From positions 928,001 through 992,000 of the forward strand of contig CAWKMU010000003.1 in assembly GCA_963850905.1 (NCBI GenBank): a stretch of 64,000 nt of DNA, read 5' to 3'. Shown here one piece after another: positions 51,657-61,245 of the stretch (its first letter is position 1; each line of letters starts with the position of its first letter). The position numbers were made by a program, and so were the translations under genes. Origin of the DNA: an uncultured Gemmatimonadales bacterium. GTDB taxonomy: Bacteria > Gemmatimonadota > Gemmatimonadetes > Gemmatimonadales > Gemmatimonadaceae. The notes beneath the pieces are model-generated. The model ran no database searches, was not told where the DNA came from, and saw only the letters and a list, made by a program, of their open reading frames with translations.

Positions 51657-53189
51657 ATGAACCATCGCGAGAGCGTCGCCGACGTGCTCTCATTGCAACA
51701 CATTGTCAAACGCTTCCGCGGCGTGCTTGCACTAGATGGTGCGAGCATCGTCGTCCGGCGCGGCACCGTGCACGCGTTGCTCGGCGAAAATGGCGCGGGG
51801 AAGACCACCCTCATGCGCGTCGCGTACGGGATGCTGCGACCGGACGCTGGACGGGTGCTTGTCGATGGACCCCAACGCCGGTTCCGTTCGAGCGCCAATG
51901 CGATCCGGGTTGGGATCGGCATGGTGCATCAGCACTACGCGCTCGTGCCGGCGATGACGGTCACGGAAAATGTGGCGCTCGGCGGGCGGGGTCGGTACGA
52001 CGCGCGTGCGAGTGCCGCGCGCGTACGTGCACTCGCCAACGACACGGGCCTGGCACTCGATCCGGACGCTCGGGTGGACGACCTTTCAGTCGAGGCGCAG
52101 CAGCGCGTCGAGATCGTCAAGGCACTCGCCCGCGACGTGCGCACGCTCATACTCGACGAGCCAACCGCCGTGCTTGCGCCGTCTACGGCTGCCACACTGC
52201 TGGCGTGGCTCCGGCAATTTGCAGACGCTGGGCACGCCGTCGTGCTCATCACGCACAAGTTGCGCGAGGCACTGGGCGTCGCCGACGACATCACGGTCCT
52301 GCGCCACGGTCGCACCGTTCTCGCGACGGCTGCCCGATCGACAACCGAAGCAGATCTCGCGAGCGCCATGTTGGGGACGCCGGCGGGCGGCGGGCGACTC
52401 GCATCCGAGCTCCCGGGTCGGCCGCCCGGAGAGCCCAACGATTCGACTCGCCCAGCGCTTGTCGGTGCCCAGCGTCGGCTGGCACCGGAGGACGCATCGG
52501 CGGCCGTCGTGAGGGCCGACCATCTATCGGTCGCGGACACTCGCGGCACAACGCGGATCACGGACGCCTCCTTCGCGATCCGGGCCGGCGAGATCGTCGG
52601 GATTGCCGCTGTCGAAGGCCAGGGTCAGCATGAGCTGTTGCGCGCGATCGCCGGCCGGCTCCCCATCGCGAGCGGCCGACTCGTCGCACCGGAGAACGTC
52701 GGCTTCATTCCGGAGGATCGGCAACGGGACGGGTTGATCCTCGATTTCGCCATCTTTGAGAACGTCGGGTTGCGCGATGTCGGCACTCGCCGCGGCTTGA
52801 TGCCCTGGCGCGCAGTGCGCGAGCGGACGCGTGGGGACTTGGCCGACTACGATATTCGCGCCGAGAGCGGCGGCACCCCCGTGGGCACGCTGTCGGGGGG
52901 GAACCAGCAAAAGGTCGTGCTCGCGCGCGAGCTGTCTGGCGCCGACCGGGGTGCCGCGGTCGCCCTCGTCGCCGAGAACCCAACGCGGGGCCTCGATATC
53001 CAGGCGACGGCGGCCGTGCACCTGCGTCTTCGCGCGGCCCGCAACGGTGGGACGGCGATCGCGCTGTACGCCAGCGACCTCGACGAGGTGCTGTCGCTCG
53101 CCGACCGCGTCCTGGTCGTCAGCCAGGGGACCGTGCGCGAGGTGGCCGGCGATCGAGAGGCCATCGGCCGCGCAATGTTGGGACTGTAG
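51657..53189 (+). CDS. Nucleoside/sugar ABC transporter ATP-binding protein (duplicated NBD)
   Basis: GENGAGKTT, LILDEPTAVL, ITHKL, IPEDR, LSGGNQQK, PTRGLD. Confidence 0.92.
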   Translation: MNHRESVADVLSLQHIVKRFRGVLALDGASIVVRRGTVHALLGENGAGKTTLMRVAYGMLRPDAGRVLVDGPQRRFRSSANAIRVGIGMVHQHYALVPAMTVTENVALGGRGRYDARASAARVRALANDTGLALDPDARVDDLSVEAQQRVEIVKALARDVRTLILDEPTAVLAPSTAATLLAWLRQFADAGHAVVLITHKLREALGVADDITVLRHGRTVLATAARSTTEADLASAMLGTPAGGGRLASELPGRPPGEPNDSTRPALVGAQRRLAPEDASAAVVRADHLSVADTRGTTRITDASFAIRAGEIVGIAAVEGQGQHELLRAIAGRLPIASGRLVAPENVGFIPEDRQRDGLILDFAIFENVGLRDVGTRRGLMPWRAVRERTRGDLADYDIRAESGGTPVGTLSGGNQQKVVLARELSGADRGAAVALVAENPTRGLDIQATAAVHLRLRAARNGGTAIALYASDLDEVLSLADRVLVVSQGTVREVAGDREAIGRAMLGL

Positions 53190-53210
53190 GGGCGACGCAA
53201 TGCGTCGCCC
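53186..53210 (+). repeat. GTAG-type REP palindrome, family A
   Basis: GTAGGGGCGACGCAATGCGTCGCCC; its TAG is the stop codon of the ATPase. Confidence 0.85.
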
Positions 53211-53316
53211 TCCATCCCGCGCGCCCAATGCACCGGCGTCGGCGTGGGTGCATTGCCGTGGATCCGGCACGATGTGGTCGATGGCCACCCAACCGTCATC
53301 CGGGTCCGAGTGCAGT

Positions 53317-53354
53317 TCGAGGGCCTGTCACGGTACACTGTGACAGGCCCTCGA
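53317..53354. terminator. Long hairpin between convergent ATPase and susD (likely terminator)
   Basis: TCGAGGGCCTGTCAC-GGTACACT-GTGACAGGCCCTCGA 15-bp stem, followed by GGTTCTTCT. Confidence 0.65.
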
Positions 53355-53400
53355 GGTTCTTCTCCTAACGTCCAACGTCTAGCGTCTAACCCCTAGCCGT

Positions 53401-54942
53401 TCACGTTCCCAACGGGCTGCACACCTGCCCGAGGTTGCGTGCTTCACACTCGGTGTACGGAATCGGCATCCGTGACGGAACTACTGGCGGCGGGAATCCC
53501 GTGTAGTTCGCCGGGTTCCAACCAGGCTCGATCGTGCCGAGCTGGCCGAAACGACGCGCGTCGATCCATCGGGCGCCTTGCTCCCAAAGTAGAGAGTAGC
53601 GGCGGTTGTACAGGAGTTCCGTCGTCAGCCCCGCTTGGGTCATCGGCCCCGAGTATGCCGGGAGGCCACCGACGCCTTGGCGGACGCTGTTTAAGTCGGC
53701 TATCGCGTCGGCAAAGTCGCCCGTGCCGATTTCCGCCTCTGCCTTGAGCAGCGCCAACTCTTCGTTCTTGATGATCGGAATCTGCGCTGCCGTATTCACC
53801 GAGCCGTTGTTCAAATAGATCGTGAACTTCAACCAGCCTGGCAGCTGCGGGATGCCGCCCAGAATCTGCGGCGTCGCGCCAGTGACGGTCGAGATCGACA
53901 CGATCTTGTTGAGCGCACGCTGGTCGAGCACTCCGGGCTTCTGCAGCTGCGCATCCGTGAGGTTGAACGTGTCCGCGAAGAACGTCACGCCGGTGATCGG
54001 GTCAGACAGTGTATTCGGCGAGTCACCAGGGTTGCTGCTGTAGTCGAACAAGACCGAAGGCTGACCAGCACCAAAACTGTTGGCCACGTAGAACGACTTC
54101 TTGATATCGGCCAGCGCAGCGGTGTAATAACCCGGTGCAGCCCCCGGACTGCCGCCGCCCTTCGCATCGGTGATCGCCGCCGTTGCCCGGAGGCACAGCG
54201 CCTTGGCCTCTAACGCTTCGACAAACTGCGCGAAGCCCGCGGGAGTCGACGCAACAGTGCTAAAGCCCGGCGGCATGGGGAATGTGAAGTTCGTCGACGA
54301 GCCGCTCGCGAGATTGGCAAGTGATGAGTCGAGCGTCGCCAGAATCGTCGCGTACACTGCGTCTTCGTTCACGAAGTCCGGAACTGGTGCGTTGGCGGGA
54401 CGGTCCACATCGACCGGCGCGCCCAGATCGGCGTGGGTCTCGACGACGTACATGAACATCAACGCCTTGAGCGCCTGCGCGACACCTATGGCCAGCGACT
54501 GTTGCGCGGTCGACATGTCGGGGGCCTTGGGCGCTGCGTCGATGACGATGTTGGCGTCACGGATCGCGGCGTAGTACGCGCCCCATTCCCCGGCGGCATC
54601 CCCGCCACCGGAGAGCGGTCCGTAATAGGGTTCGGAGTAATCCGGCTGGTTGTTGCCAGACAGATTGATGCCTTCGCGCCCCATCGAGCCAACAAACCAA
54701 ATGAGCGATGGCGTGTTGGCGCGCGCACGGGCGAACGCACCCGTGACCGCCGCGTCGACGCTGATCATTGTGGGGGCGCCCGTCAGCCCCTGGAGCGTAG
54801 GGCCGTTGGGATCGCTGATGTTGAAGTTGTAACACGCAGTCGCTCCAACTCCTGCCGCGAGGGACGCGGCCAGAACGAGGCGCGGGGTGAGACGCAGGCC
54901 GGCTCTCTCGATGCCGCGCGTCCGAATTTCATTGCGCGACAT
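53401..54942 (-). CDS. RagB/SusD family outer-membrane lipoprotein
   Basis: Lipobox ATAC; PIIKNEELALLKAEA, LNSVR, RRYSLLWEQGARWIDARR. Confidence 0.88.
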   Translation of the reverse strand: MSRNEIRTRGIERAGLRLTPRLVLAASLAAGVGATACYNFNISDPNGPTLQGLTGAPTMISVDAAVTGAFARARANTPSLIWFVGSMGREGINLSGNNQPDYSEPYYGPLSGGGDAAGEWGAYYAAIRDANIVIDAAPKAPDMSTAQQSLAIGVAQALKALMFMYVVETHADLGAPVDVDRPANAPVPDFVNEDAVYATILATLDSSLANLASGSSTNFTFPMPPGFSTVASTPAGFAQFVEALEAKALCLRATAAITDAKGGGSPGAAPGYYTAALADIKKSFYVANSFGAGQPSVLFDYSSNPGDSPNTLSDPITGVTFFADTFNLTDAQLQKPGVLDQRALNKIVSISTVTGATPQILGGIPQLPGWLKFTIYLNNGSVNTAAQIPIIKNEELALLKAEAEIGTGDFADAIADLNSVRQGVGGLPAYSGPMTQAGLTTELLYNRRYSLLWEQGARWIDARRFGQLGTIEPGWNPANYTGFPPPVVPSRMPIPYTECEARNLGQVCSPLGT

Positions 54943-54944
54943 GA

Positions 54945-57941
54945 TTAAAACCTCGCCGAGACGGTGAAGAGGAAGGTGCGGGACGGCGGGTACTGGCCGA
55001 GATCGACTCCACGCGTGATGGCCTCCTGCCCATAGTTGCTGACCTCTGGATCGTAGCCGAAGTACGGCGTCCACATGATCAGATTTCTGCCTGACACGCT
55101 GAGTCGCAGTGACTCGGAACCGAAGAACGAGTGTGCTGCGGCGAGGGGCAGGTCGTATGAAATGCGGAGCTCGCGCAGCTTGACGAATGTCATGCTCGTC
55201 ACGAACGGCGTGGCGATACCAGTGCCGCAGTCCACAAACGCCTGCTGGCCGCCAGCGTTGTTCATGTTCGGATCGAGACCATTGCACGAGTAAAGCGAGT
55301 ATGTCTGGTTCTCCTCCACGCCACCCTTCGACCAGTCCCAGAGCATGTAGGCGTTGAGGTGGAGAGGAAGCTGGAACGTATTGCCGAACGACCAGCGGTA
55401 GTCCGGGTTGTACTGGCCCATCTCGGTGACGACAGGGTTCCCGCTGGCGTCGAAGCTGGTCTGCCCGATGATCTGGGTGATCGGCCGGCCGGTCTGCACG
55501 AGGAACTCGCCGTATGCCAGGCCGAATCCAGCCCCGAAGGGACGGAAGCTCGTGATACCCGCTGGCAATGAGAGCACTGTGTTGTGCAGCGTCTGGAAGT
55601 TGGTGGTGAAGGTCCAGCTGAAGTTCCGCATCCGTATCGGCGTGATGTTGCCGCCGATCTCGATGCCCTCGTTCATGAAGTCGCCGCCGTTAGCGATGAT
55701 CTCGGCGTAACCAGTGGACGGCGCCGGCGTGCGGGGGAGAAGCAGGTCGCTCGTGATACGGTGATAATAGGTGAACTCCATGTCGGCTCGGTCACCCCAG
55801 AAGGTGAGGTCCGTGCCGAGCTCTGTCTCACGAGTCGTTTCAGGCCGGATCTCGGGGTTCCCAAAGATGGCCGTCCCGGTGCCACCGTCGACCGCGGTAC
55901 CACACGCCCCCGCGATACACGGCACGTTGAGCAACGTGAATTTCTGGCCGAACAACGGTTGGTTGCCGGTCATCCCGTAGGCGGCGCGCAGCTTCATCGT
56001 GGTGCCGCCCAGCCATCCGTCGGGGATGGGCATCTGATAGGACGCCGCATACTTCGGATAGTAGAAGAACTTGTCCGCATTGCCGTTCGAACTACTGCGC
56101 TCAGCGCGCACGCCCAGCTCGAACAGGAGCCTGTCCTTGAGCGTCGTAAACTGCTCCTGCCCGTACGCCGCCTCCGTTCGCTCGTGCGCGTTGTTCTGGT
56201 ACGGTGTCGTGGCGACACCGTTGTCGATCTCGGTCGTCGAGCCGACCAGTCCAGTCGTCGACGTCGAGTTGAGGTTGAGAATTCGGTCCTCGACGGACGT
56301 TCCCAGTGACGTCGTGGCCTTGAATAGCGGATCCGTGTAGGTGTGGATCGCGTTCAGGTTCCAGTTGTACTGTTGACTGATGCCCGAGCCGACCGTCGAG
56401 ACGCCTGGTAGTGTCTGCGCCTGCTCGAAGTACAAGAACGAGGGAGCAATGGCAGTCGTCGCATCATTGAAGTAGTCGATACCAGCCGCCCCGACGAACT
56501 GCAGGCTGTTGCGATCGGTCTGCAGCGCATCGTACGTGGCGTGGCCGCCGCCAGTGAAACGGCTGATCTCTTCACGATTGGTCACGTACTGTTCCGTCTG
56601 CAGCGGATTGGCGCCAATGTACGTCAGTGCCGGGTGCGGGTACACGCCGTTGAGCGGATTGATCGGAATGAAGCTCGGGATATACGCCAGCGCATATGGC
56701 ACGCTCGCGCCCGAGTTGTCGTTGTTGGCGACGCCGCGATCCTCAATGTTGTGCGTGTAATTGACGTTGAAATTCGCCTCCAGGTGCTTCGCAATGTGCT
56801 GGTCGAGGTTGACGCGGCCTGACTGACGGGTCGCATCGGTGTTCTTCATGATCCCGCCGTCGGAGTTGACGTCCACCGAGCCGTAGTAGCGCGTGCTCTC
56901 GTTCCCACCGTTCACATCGAGGGTCGTCTGATAGTTGATCGGCGTCTCGCCAGCGACCTCGTCGAGGTGGTTGAAGTACTGCAACCCGCCACCCGGCGTT
57001 ATGTACGGAGCGACAACGCCGGCACCAAACGCCGAGTCGGCACTCGCGACGGTGAAGGCACGCTCGCCGGGTCCCCGCAGGAGGTGCGAGAAGCCCGTGC
57101 CCTGGGTGATGTCGAATTTCGGCTTGCCAGCCGCGCCACGCTTCGTCGTAATGATGACCACGCCATTGGCCGCCTTCGATCCGTAGATCGAGGAAGCCGC
57201 CGCGCTCTTCAAGATTTCGATCGACGCAATGTCCGCCGGATCGAGATCGGCCATGCGGTTGGCTGCGTCGTCCTGGGCCGGTCCCGATCCGCTGACGCTA
57301 CCGCTCTTGGAGATCGTATAGAGACCGCTCGGCACCGTCGCGTTGCTGTAGATGACGCCGTCGACGACGAACAATGGGTCGGAGGCACCGATCACGGTGT
57401 TCACGCCGCGGATTTGCACCTGCACGCCACCGCCGGGGGCGCCCGAGTTGGTCTCGATCTGCGCGCCGGGCACCTTGCCCTGAAGCGCCATGTCCACTGT
57501 CGGGGACGCTGCGCGGGCGATCGACTGGCTGTCGACAGCGACCGTCGACGTCGGCGCCGCACGCTTCTCGACGCCGGTCGCGAGACCCGTCACGACGACC
57601 TGCTCGAGCTTCGCCGGATCGTCGACCAGCGCGATCGAGAGCTTCTCGTCGGTCGCGCCTACCGTGACGTTCTTCGGCAGGAACCCGATCGATCGGATGG
57701 TGATCGCGGTCGGCGTGCCTGGCATGGACAGCTTGAAATAGCCGTCATTGTCCGTCTGGGTCCCGCGCTGCGTGCCTGTAATGAGCACGGTCGCCGCCGG
57801 GATGCCGTCGCCCGAGGCGCGCGTTACGCGGCCGGTCACGAGGTGGTTGCCGCCTCCCTGCGCAGCGGCGCGGGTCGGGGGCCAGAGCCCGACCGCGATC
57901 GCCAGCAGCCATAGATACCTTCGTACGAAATTCGTTCTCAC
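54945..57941 (-). CDS. SusC/RagA family TonB-linked outer-membrane protein
   Basis: VVVTG TonB box, LQGKVPG, DPLFVVDG, IEILK.AAASSIYGSKAANGVVIITTKRG, YDPEVS, YPPSR, terminal F. Confidence 0.93.
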   Translation of the reverse strand: MRTNFVRRYLWLLAIAVGLWPPTRAAAQGGGNHLVTGRVTRASGDGIPAATVLITGTQRGTQTDNDGYFKLSMPGTPTAITIRSIGFLPKNVTVGATDEKLSIALVDDPAKLEQVVVTGLATGVEKRAAPTSTVAVDSQSIARAASPTVDMALQGKVPGAQIETNSGAPGGGVQVQIRGVNTVIGASDPLFVVDGVIYSNATVPSGLYTISKSGSVSGSGPAQDDAANRMADLDPADIASIEILKSAAASSIYGSKAANGVVIITTKRGAAGKPKFDITQGTGFSHLLRGPGERAFTVASADSAFGAGVVAPYITPGGGLQYFNHLDEVAGETPINYQTTLDVNGGNESTRYYGSVDVNSDGGIMKNTDATRQSGRVNLDQHIAKHLEANFNVNYTHNIEDRGVANNDNSGASVPYALAYIPSFIPINPLNGVYPHPALTYIGANPLQTEQYVTNREEISRFTGGGHATYDALQTDRNSLQFVGAAGIDYFNDATTAIAPSFLYFEQAQTLPGVSTVGSGISQQYNWNLNAIHTYTDPLFKATTSLGTSVEDRILNLNSTSTTGLVGSTTEIDNGVATTPYQNNAHERTEAAYGQEQFTTLKDRLLFELGVRAERSSSNGNADKFFYYPKYAASYQMPIPDGWLGGTTMKLRAAYGMTGNQPLFGQKFTLLNVPCIAGACGTAVDGGTGTAIFGNPEIRPETTRETELGTDLTFWGDRADMEFTYYHRITSDLLLPRTPAPSTGYAEIIANGGDFMNEGIEIGGNITPIRMRNFSWTFTTNFQTLHNTVLSLPAGITSFRPFGAGFGLAYGEFLVQTGRPITQIIGQTSFDASGNPVVTEMGQYNPDYRWSFGNTFQLPLHLNAYMLWDWSKGGVEENQTYSLYSCNGLDPNMNNAGGQQAFVDCGTGIATPFVTSMTFVKLRELRISYDLPLAAAHSFFGSESLRLSVSGRNLIMWTPYFGYDPEVSNYGQEAITRGVDLGQYPPSRTFLFTVSARF

Positions 57942-58152
57942 GAGGCCCTCCCCCCATGTCCGGGGTCCAAGAATACGCCTCGTCGATCCCGGAGGACCGA
58001 CGACAGCCCGCGCCCACGCGCGTGCGACTCGTAGCACACCGTCGCAGCGCCCTCCATCCGAAGAGCGCCGGCCGTACGCGTCCCGATCCCGGATACCAGT
58101 GCCACACGCTTGATGCGGGCGAGCGGACGTCTGATACCGGTGATGGGGGGCT

Positions 58153-58180
58153 ATAGTCTCACTTTTCCACGCGTTGTCAA
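58153..58180 (-). promoter_or_regulatory. Candidate sigma-70 promoter for susCD
   Basis: Perfect TTGACA, 16 nt spacer, TGnGACTAT; ~210 bp upstream of susC. Confidence 0.45.
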
Positions 58181-58228
58181 GAGAAGCGCTCTTGTCTTTT
58201 CCGTCCTCTCGCCCCTCTTTTCCGCCCC

Positions 58229-59200
58229 ATGCTCCTCCACGCCCTCGCCGCGTTCTGGCGCGGGTCGCTCGGATCCGAATACGCAATCGTGTCTGCGACG
58301 CTCGTCCGCGCGACGCCACTTGTGCTGACGGGTCTCGCGGTCGCACTGGCGTTTCGCGCCGGCGTTTTCAACATCGGGGCGGATGGCCAGTTTCTCGCCG
58401 GTGCGACCGCCGCAGCTACCATTGGGTGGCTCGGTGCCGCGTGGCCAGACACGGCCCAACGGTTCGTGGGCATTCCGTTGACGCTCGCCGCGGGTGCGGG
58501 GGTGGGCGCCGCCTGGGCGGGGATCGCCGCCTGGTTGCGACGTCGATTTGGCGTCCTCGAAGTGATCAGCACGCTGATGCTCAACTTCATCGCGTTGGAT
58601 GCGGTCGCGTACCTCGTTCGCGGGCCGCTTCAGGAGCCATCGCGTATCTATCCGCAGAGCTCTGAGCTGGCCGCGGGCTGGCGCCTCCCCAAACTCGTCC
58701 CCGGGAGTCGCCTCCATGCCGGGTTCGCGCTCGCGCTGCTGCTGGCGATCGCCGCCGCATGGATCGTCCGCGCGACCGCAGGCGGCTTTCGTATGCGCGC
58801 CGTCGGCGCCAATCCGTGGGCCGCAGCCAGCGCCGGCCGCATCGACGTCCCCGCAGTCACGACGCGCGTGTTTCTCGTGAGTGGTGCGCTCGCCGGCATC
58901 GCTGGCGCGGTCGAGGTCACCGGCGTGACGTTCTCGCTCTTCGACAACATCTCCCCGGGGTACGGCTACACGGCAATTGCTGTCGCCCTCCTCGCCGGCC
59001 TCAGGCCACTTGGCGTCATTGCGACCAGCATTCTTTTCGGTGCGCTCGAAGCTGGGGCAGCTGGCATGCAGCGGGACGCCGGCGTACCGGCGGTCGTCGC
59101 CACGCTCGTCGAGGCAACGCTGGTCCTCGCCGTGCTGGCCGCACAAGCCAGGCGCCGCGTGACCGCCGAGAGCGCGGCGCGGGACGGAAGTCCCCGATAA
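58229..59200 (+). CDS. Nucleoside ABC transporter permease (possibly N-terminally short)
   Basis: ATPLVLTGLAVA.AFRAGVFNIGADGQ, EVISTLMLN, GYGYTAIAVALL. Confidence 0.88.
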   Translation: MLLHALAAFWRGSLGSEYAIVSATLVRATPLVLTGLAVALAFRAGVFNIGADGQFLAGATAAATIGWLGAAWPDTAQRFVGIPLTLAAGAGVGAAWAGIAAWLRRRFGVLEVISTLMLNFIALDAVAYLVRGPLQEPSRIYPQSSELAAGWRLPKLVPGSRLHAGFALALLLAIAAAWIVRATAGGFRMRAVGANPWAAASAGRIDVPAVTTRVFLVSGALAGIAGAVEVTGVTFSLFDNISPGYGYTAIAVALLAGLRPLGVIATSILFGALEAGAAGMQRDAGVPAVVATLVEATLVLAVLAAQARRRVTAESAARDGSPR

Positions 59201-59202
59201 GA

Positions 59203-60105
59203 ATGTCGTTCGCGACCGAGTTCCTCGCGGCCACGATTCGGACAGCCACTCCGCTGCTGCTCGCTGCACTGGGAGAGACGCTGGCCGAGCAGGCCGGCGT
59301 CATCAACGTGGGCCTCGAGGGCATCATGATCGTGGGCGCGCTCGGAGCGCTACTGGGCGCGGGAGTGGGCGGCGTGAGCGGCGGCTTCGTCGTCGCCGCT
59401 GTCTCAGGAGCCGCCCTCGCTGCCCTGTTTGCGGTGTTCGCCTCGGTGATGCGCGCCGATCAAATCGTGACGGGCACGGCGATCACGCTCTTTGGATTGG
59501 GACTGACCGGCACCGTTTATCAATGGGTGTACGGTCCAACAGGTACGGCGTTGTCGATCCCGACAATGCATCCGACCGCACTCCCCGGACTCTCACGCAT
59601 CCCAGTTCTGGGCCCAGCGCTCTTCGACCAGCCGGCCGTGACCTACGCAGCCTATCTGCTGGTACCGATCCTCTGGTGGTGGATGTACCGGACGCACGCG
59701 GGCCTCGCTCTCCGAGCCGTGGGGCAAAACCCGGACGCGGCACGCGCCGCCGGCATTTCGCCCCGCACCACGCAGGTCGCCGCCAGCATCGTGGGCGGCA
59801 TCCTCGGCGGCATTGCCGGCGGCATGCTGGTACTCGCCCAGGTCGGCACCTTCGCCGAAGGTATGACCGCGGGCCGCGGCTTCATCGCGATCGCGATCGT
59901 GGCACTTGGTCACTGGCACCCGCTCGGTGCTGCCATCGCCGCACTCGCCTTCGGTTCCGTGAGCGCTTTGCAGTACGCCTTTCAAGCGATGGGCTGGCAT
60001 GCCCCCTACCAGGTCTTCCTCGCCATGCCCTACGCGGCGACGTTGATCGCCCTAGCGCTCATGCGCAGGGGGCAGGCGCCGGCCGCGCTTGGGAGAGCGA
60101 TATGA
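59203..60105 (+). CDS. Nucleoside ABC transporter permease
   Basis: ATPLLLAALGE..EQAGVINVGLEG, GRGFIAIA, PAALG. Confidence 0.9.
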   Translation: MSFATEFLAATIRTATPLLLAALGETLAEQAGVINVGLEGIMIVGALGALLGAGVGGVSGGFVVAAVSGAALAALFAVFASVMRADQIVTGTAITLFGLGLTGTVYQWVYGPTGTALSIPTMHPTALPGLSRIPVLGPALFDQPAVTYAAYLLVPILWWWMYRTHAGLALRAVGQNPDAARAAGISPRTTQVAASIVGGILGGIAGGMLVLAQVGTFAEGMTAGRGFIAIAIVALGHWHPLGAAIAALAFGSVSALQYAFQAMGWHAPYQVFLAMPYAATLIALALMRRGQAPAALGRAI

Positions 60106-60117
60106 AAGGCTAGACGT

Positions 60118-61080
60118 CTAACACCCCACGTATGCACTACTCCATCGCGCCCGCCACTGATGCGGCGCGGTTCGCTGGATGAGGGTGTACGAGTTGCCGT
60201 CCCCATAGTCGCGTGCGAGTACGATCGTCGGAACGGCGCGCGGGCCGCGACCCAGGAGCACTCCGGCAAGGACTTCATCGGTTTCCACGTCATCCTCGGG
60301 GCCGGAGGTACGCTCGGAGTACACGGCCACGTACGGCGGAGGACCGCGATTCGGTCCTGGTGCGGTATCGCGCTCCATGACGATCAGAATGTGCTCCTCC
60401 TCCGGGTTCGCCTCCTGGTTGAGCCGCCGGACCACTTCCGCCGCGATCACGGTGTCCCCGGAGGGGAGGGTAAATCGGTGCGCGTCGCGCAGGGAAAACG
60501 GGACACCACGAAATGACTGCGCGGTGTCGTTGGCCAGGGCCGACGCGACACGCGCAACGTCCGCCGCACGCTTGGCCGAGTCCGCCTCGCTCAGTACGGG
60601 CACGGAATCCATCGGCAACGCCGTCGCATGGCCAACGGTGAAGGCAACCGACCAGTCCGGCGGGGGCCCATCCGTCGTGTTGACGTGCGCCGTCGGCCAC
60701 GTGGTGCAGCTACCGGAGAAATTGCCGTCAGCCTGCGCGGACAGCTTTGCCGTCCCCACCCGTCCGTGCCGCGCGAACAAGTCGACATCGGGATGGCCGG
60801 TCAGAACCGTGTCCACGGCCGGCGCCTCGACGACCGTGCTATCGGTAAACCGTGGCATGACGTCGATCGCTTCCGTCGGATTCGCACCGGCAACAAACAG
60901 GTTTCGTCCAGCGATCGTGTCGTTCCAACGGACGGTCGTGCGACCGGCTGCCGCGGGCGCCGGCGAGTTTCCTCCCCCAGGCGTCGCGGTCGACGATTGC
61001 GGCCCGGAACGTGTCCGCTCACAGGCCGTCGCCGCACACGCGACGATCGCGAAAAGGACAACAGCATGCCGGCTTCGCAT
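60118..61080 (-). CDS. Hypothetical lipoprotein
   Basis: 320 aa ORF with ATAC lipobox and Pro/Ala linker. Confidence 0.65.
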   Translation of the reverse strand: MRSRHAVVLFAIVACAATACERTRSGPQSSTATPGGGNSPAPAAAGRTTVRWNDTIAGRNLFVAGANPTEAIDVMPRFTDSTVVEAPAVDTVLTGHPDVDLFARHGRVGTAKLSAQADGNFSGSCTTWPTAHVNTTDGPPPDWSVAFTVGHATALPMDSVPVLSEADSAKRAADVARVASALANDTAQSFRGVPFSLRDAHRFTLPSGDTVIAAEVVRRLNQEANPEEEHILIVMERDTAPGPNRGPPPYVAVYSERTSGPEDDVETDEVLAGVLLGRGPRAVPTIVLARDYGDGNSYTLIQRTAPHQWRARWSSAYVGC

Positions 61081-61115
61081 GGGGAATTAAGCTACGAAAC
61101 TACTGGGGTCAGAGG

Positions 61116-61242
61116 TTAGATGCTAAGAAGCTAGACGCTGGACGCTAGACGCTGGACGTTAGAAACAAATCTTGACAGCCAGCTAAATGCAGCGTGTCCG
61201 GCCCTCGAGGTGTGTTCCAGCGTCCAGCGTCCGGCCTCTAGC
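61116..61242. repeat. Heptamer-armed inverted-repeat element (TAGACGC/TGGACGC arms)
   Basis: TAGATGC TAAGAAGC TAGACGC TGGACGC TAGACGC TGGACGT TAGAA-ACAAATC...TGTG-TTCCAGCGTCCAGCGTCC. Confidence 0.85.
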
Positions 61243-61245
61243 CCT

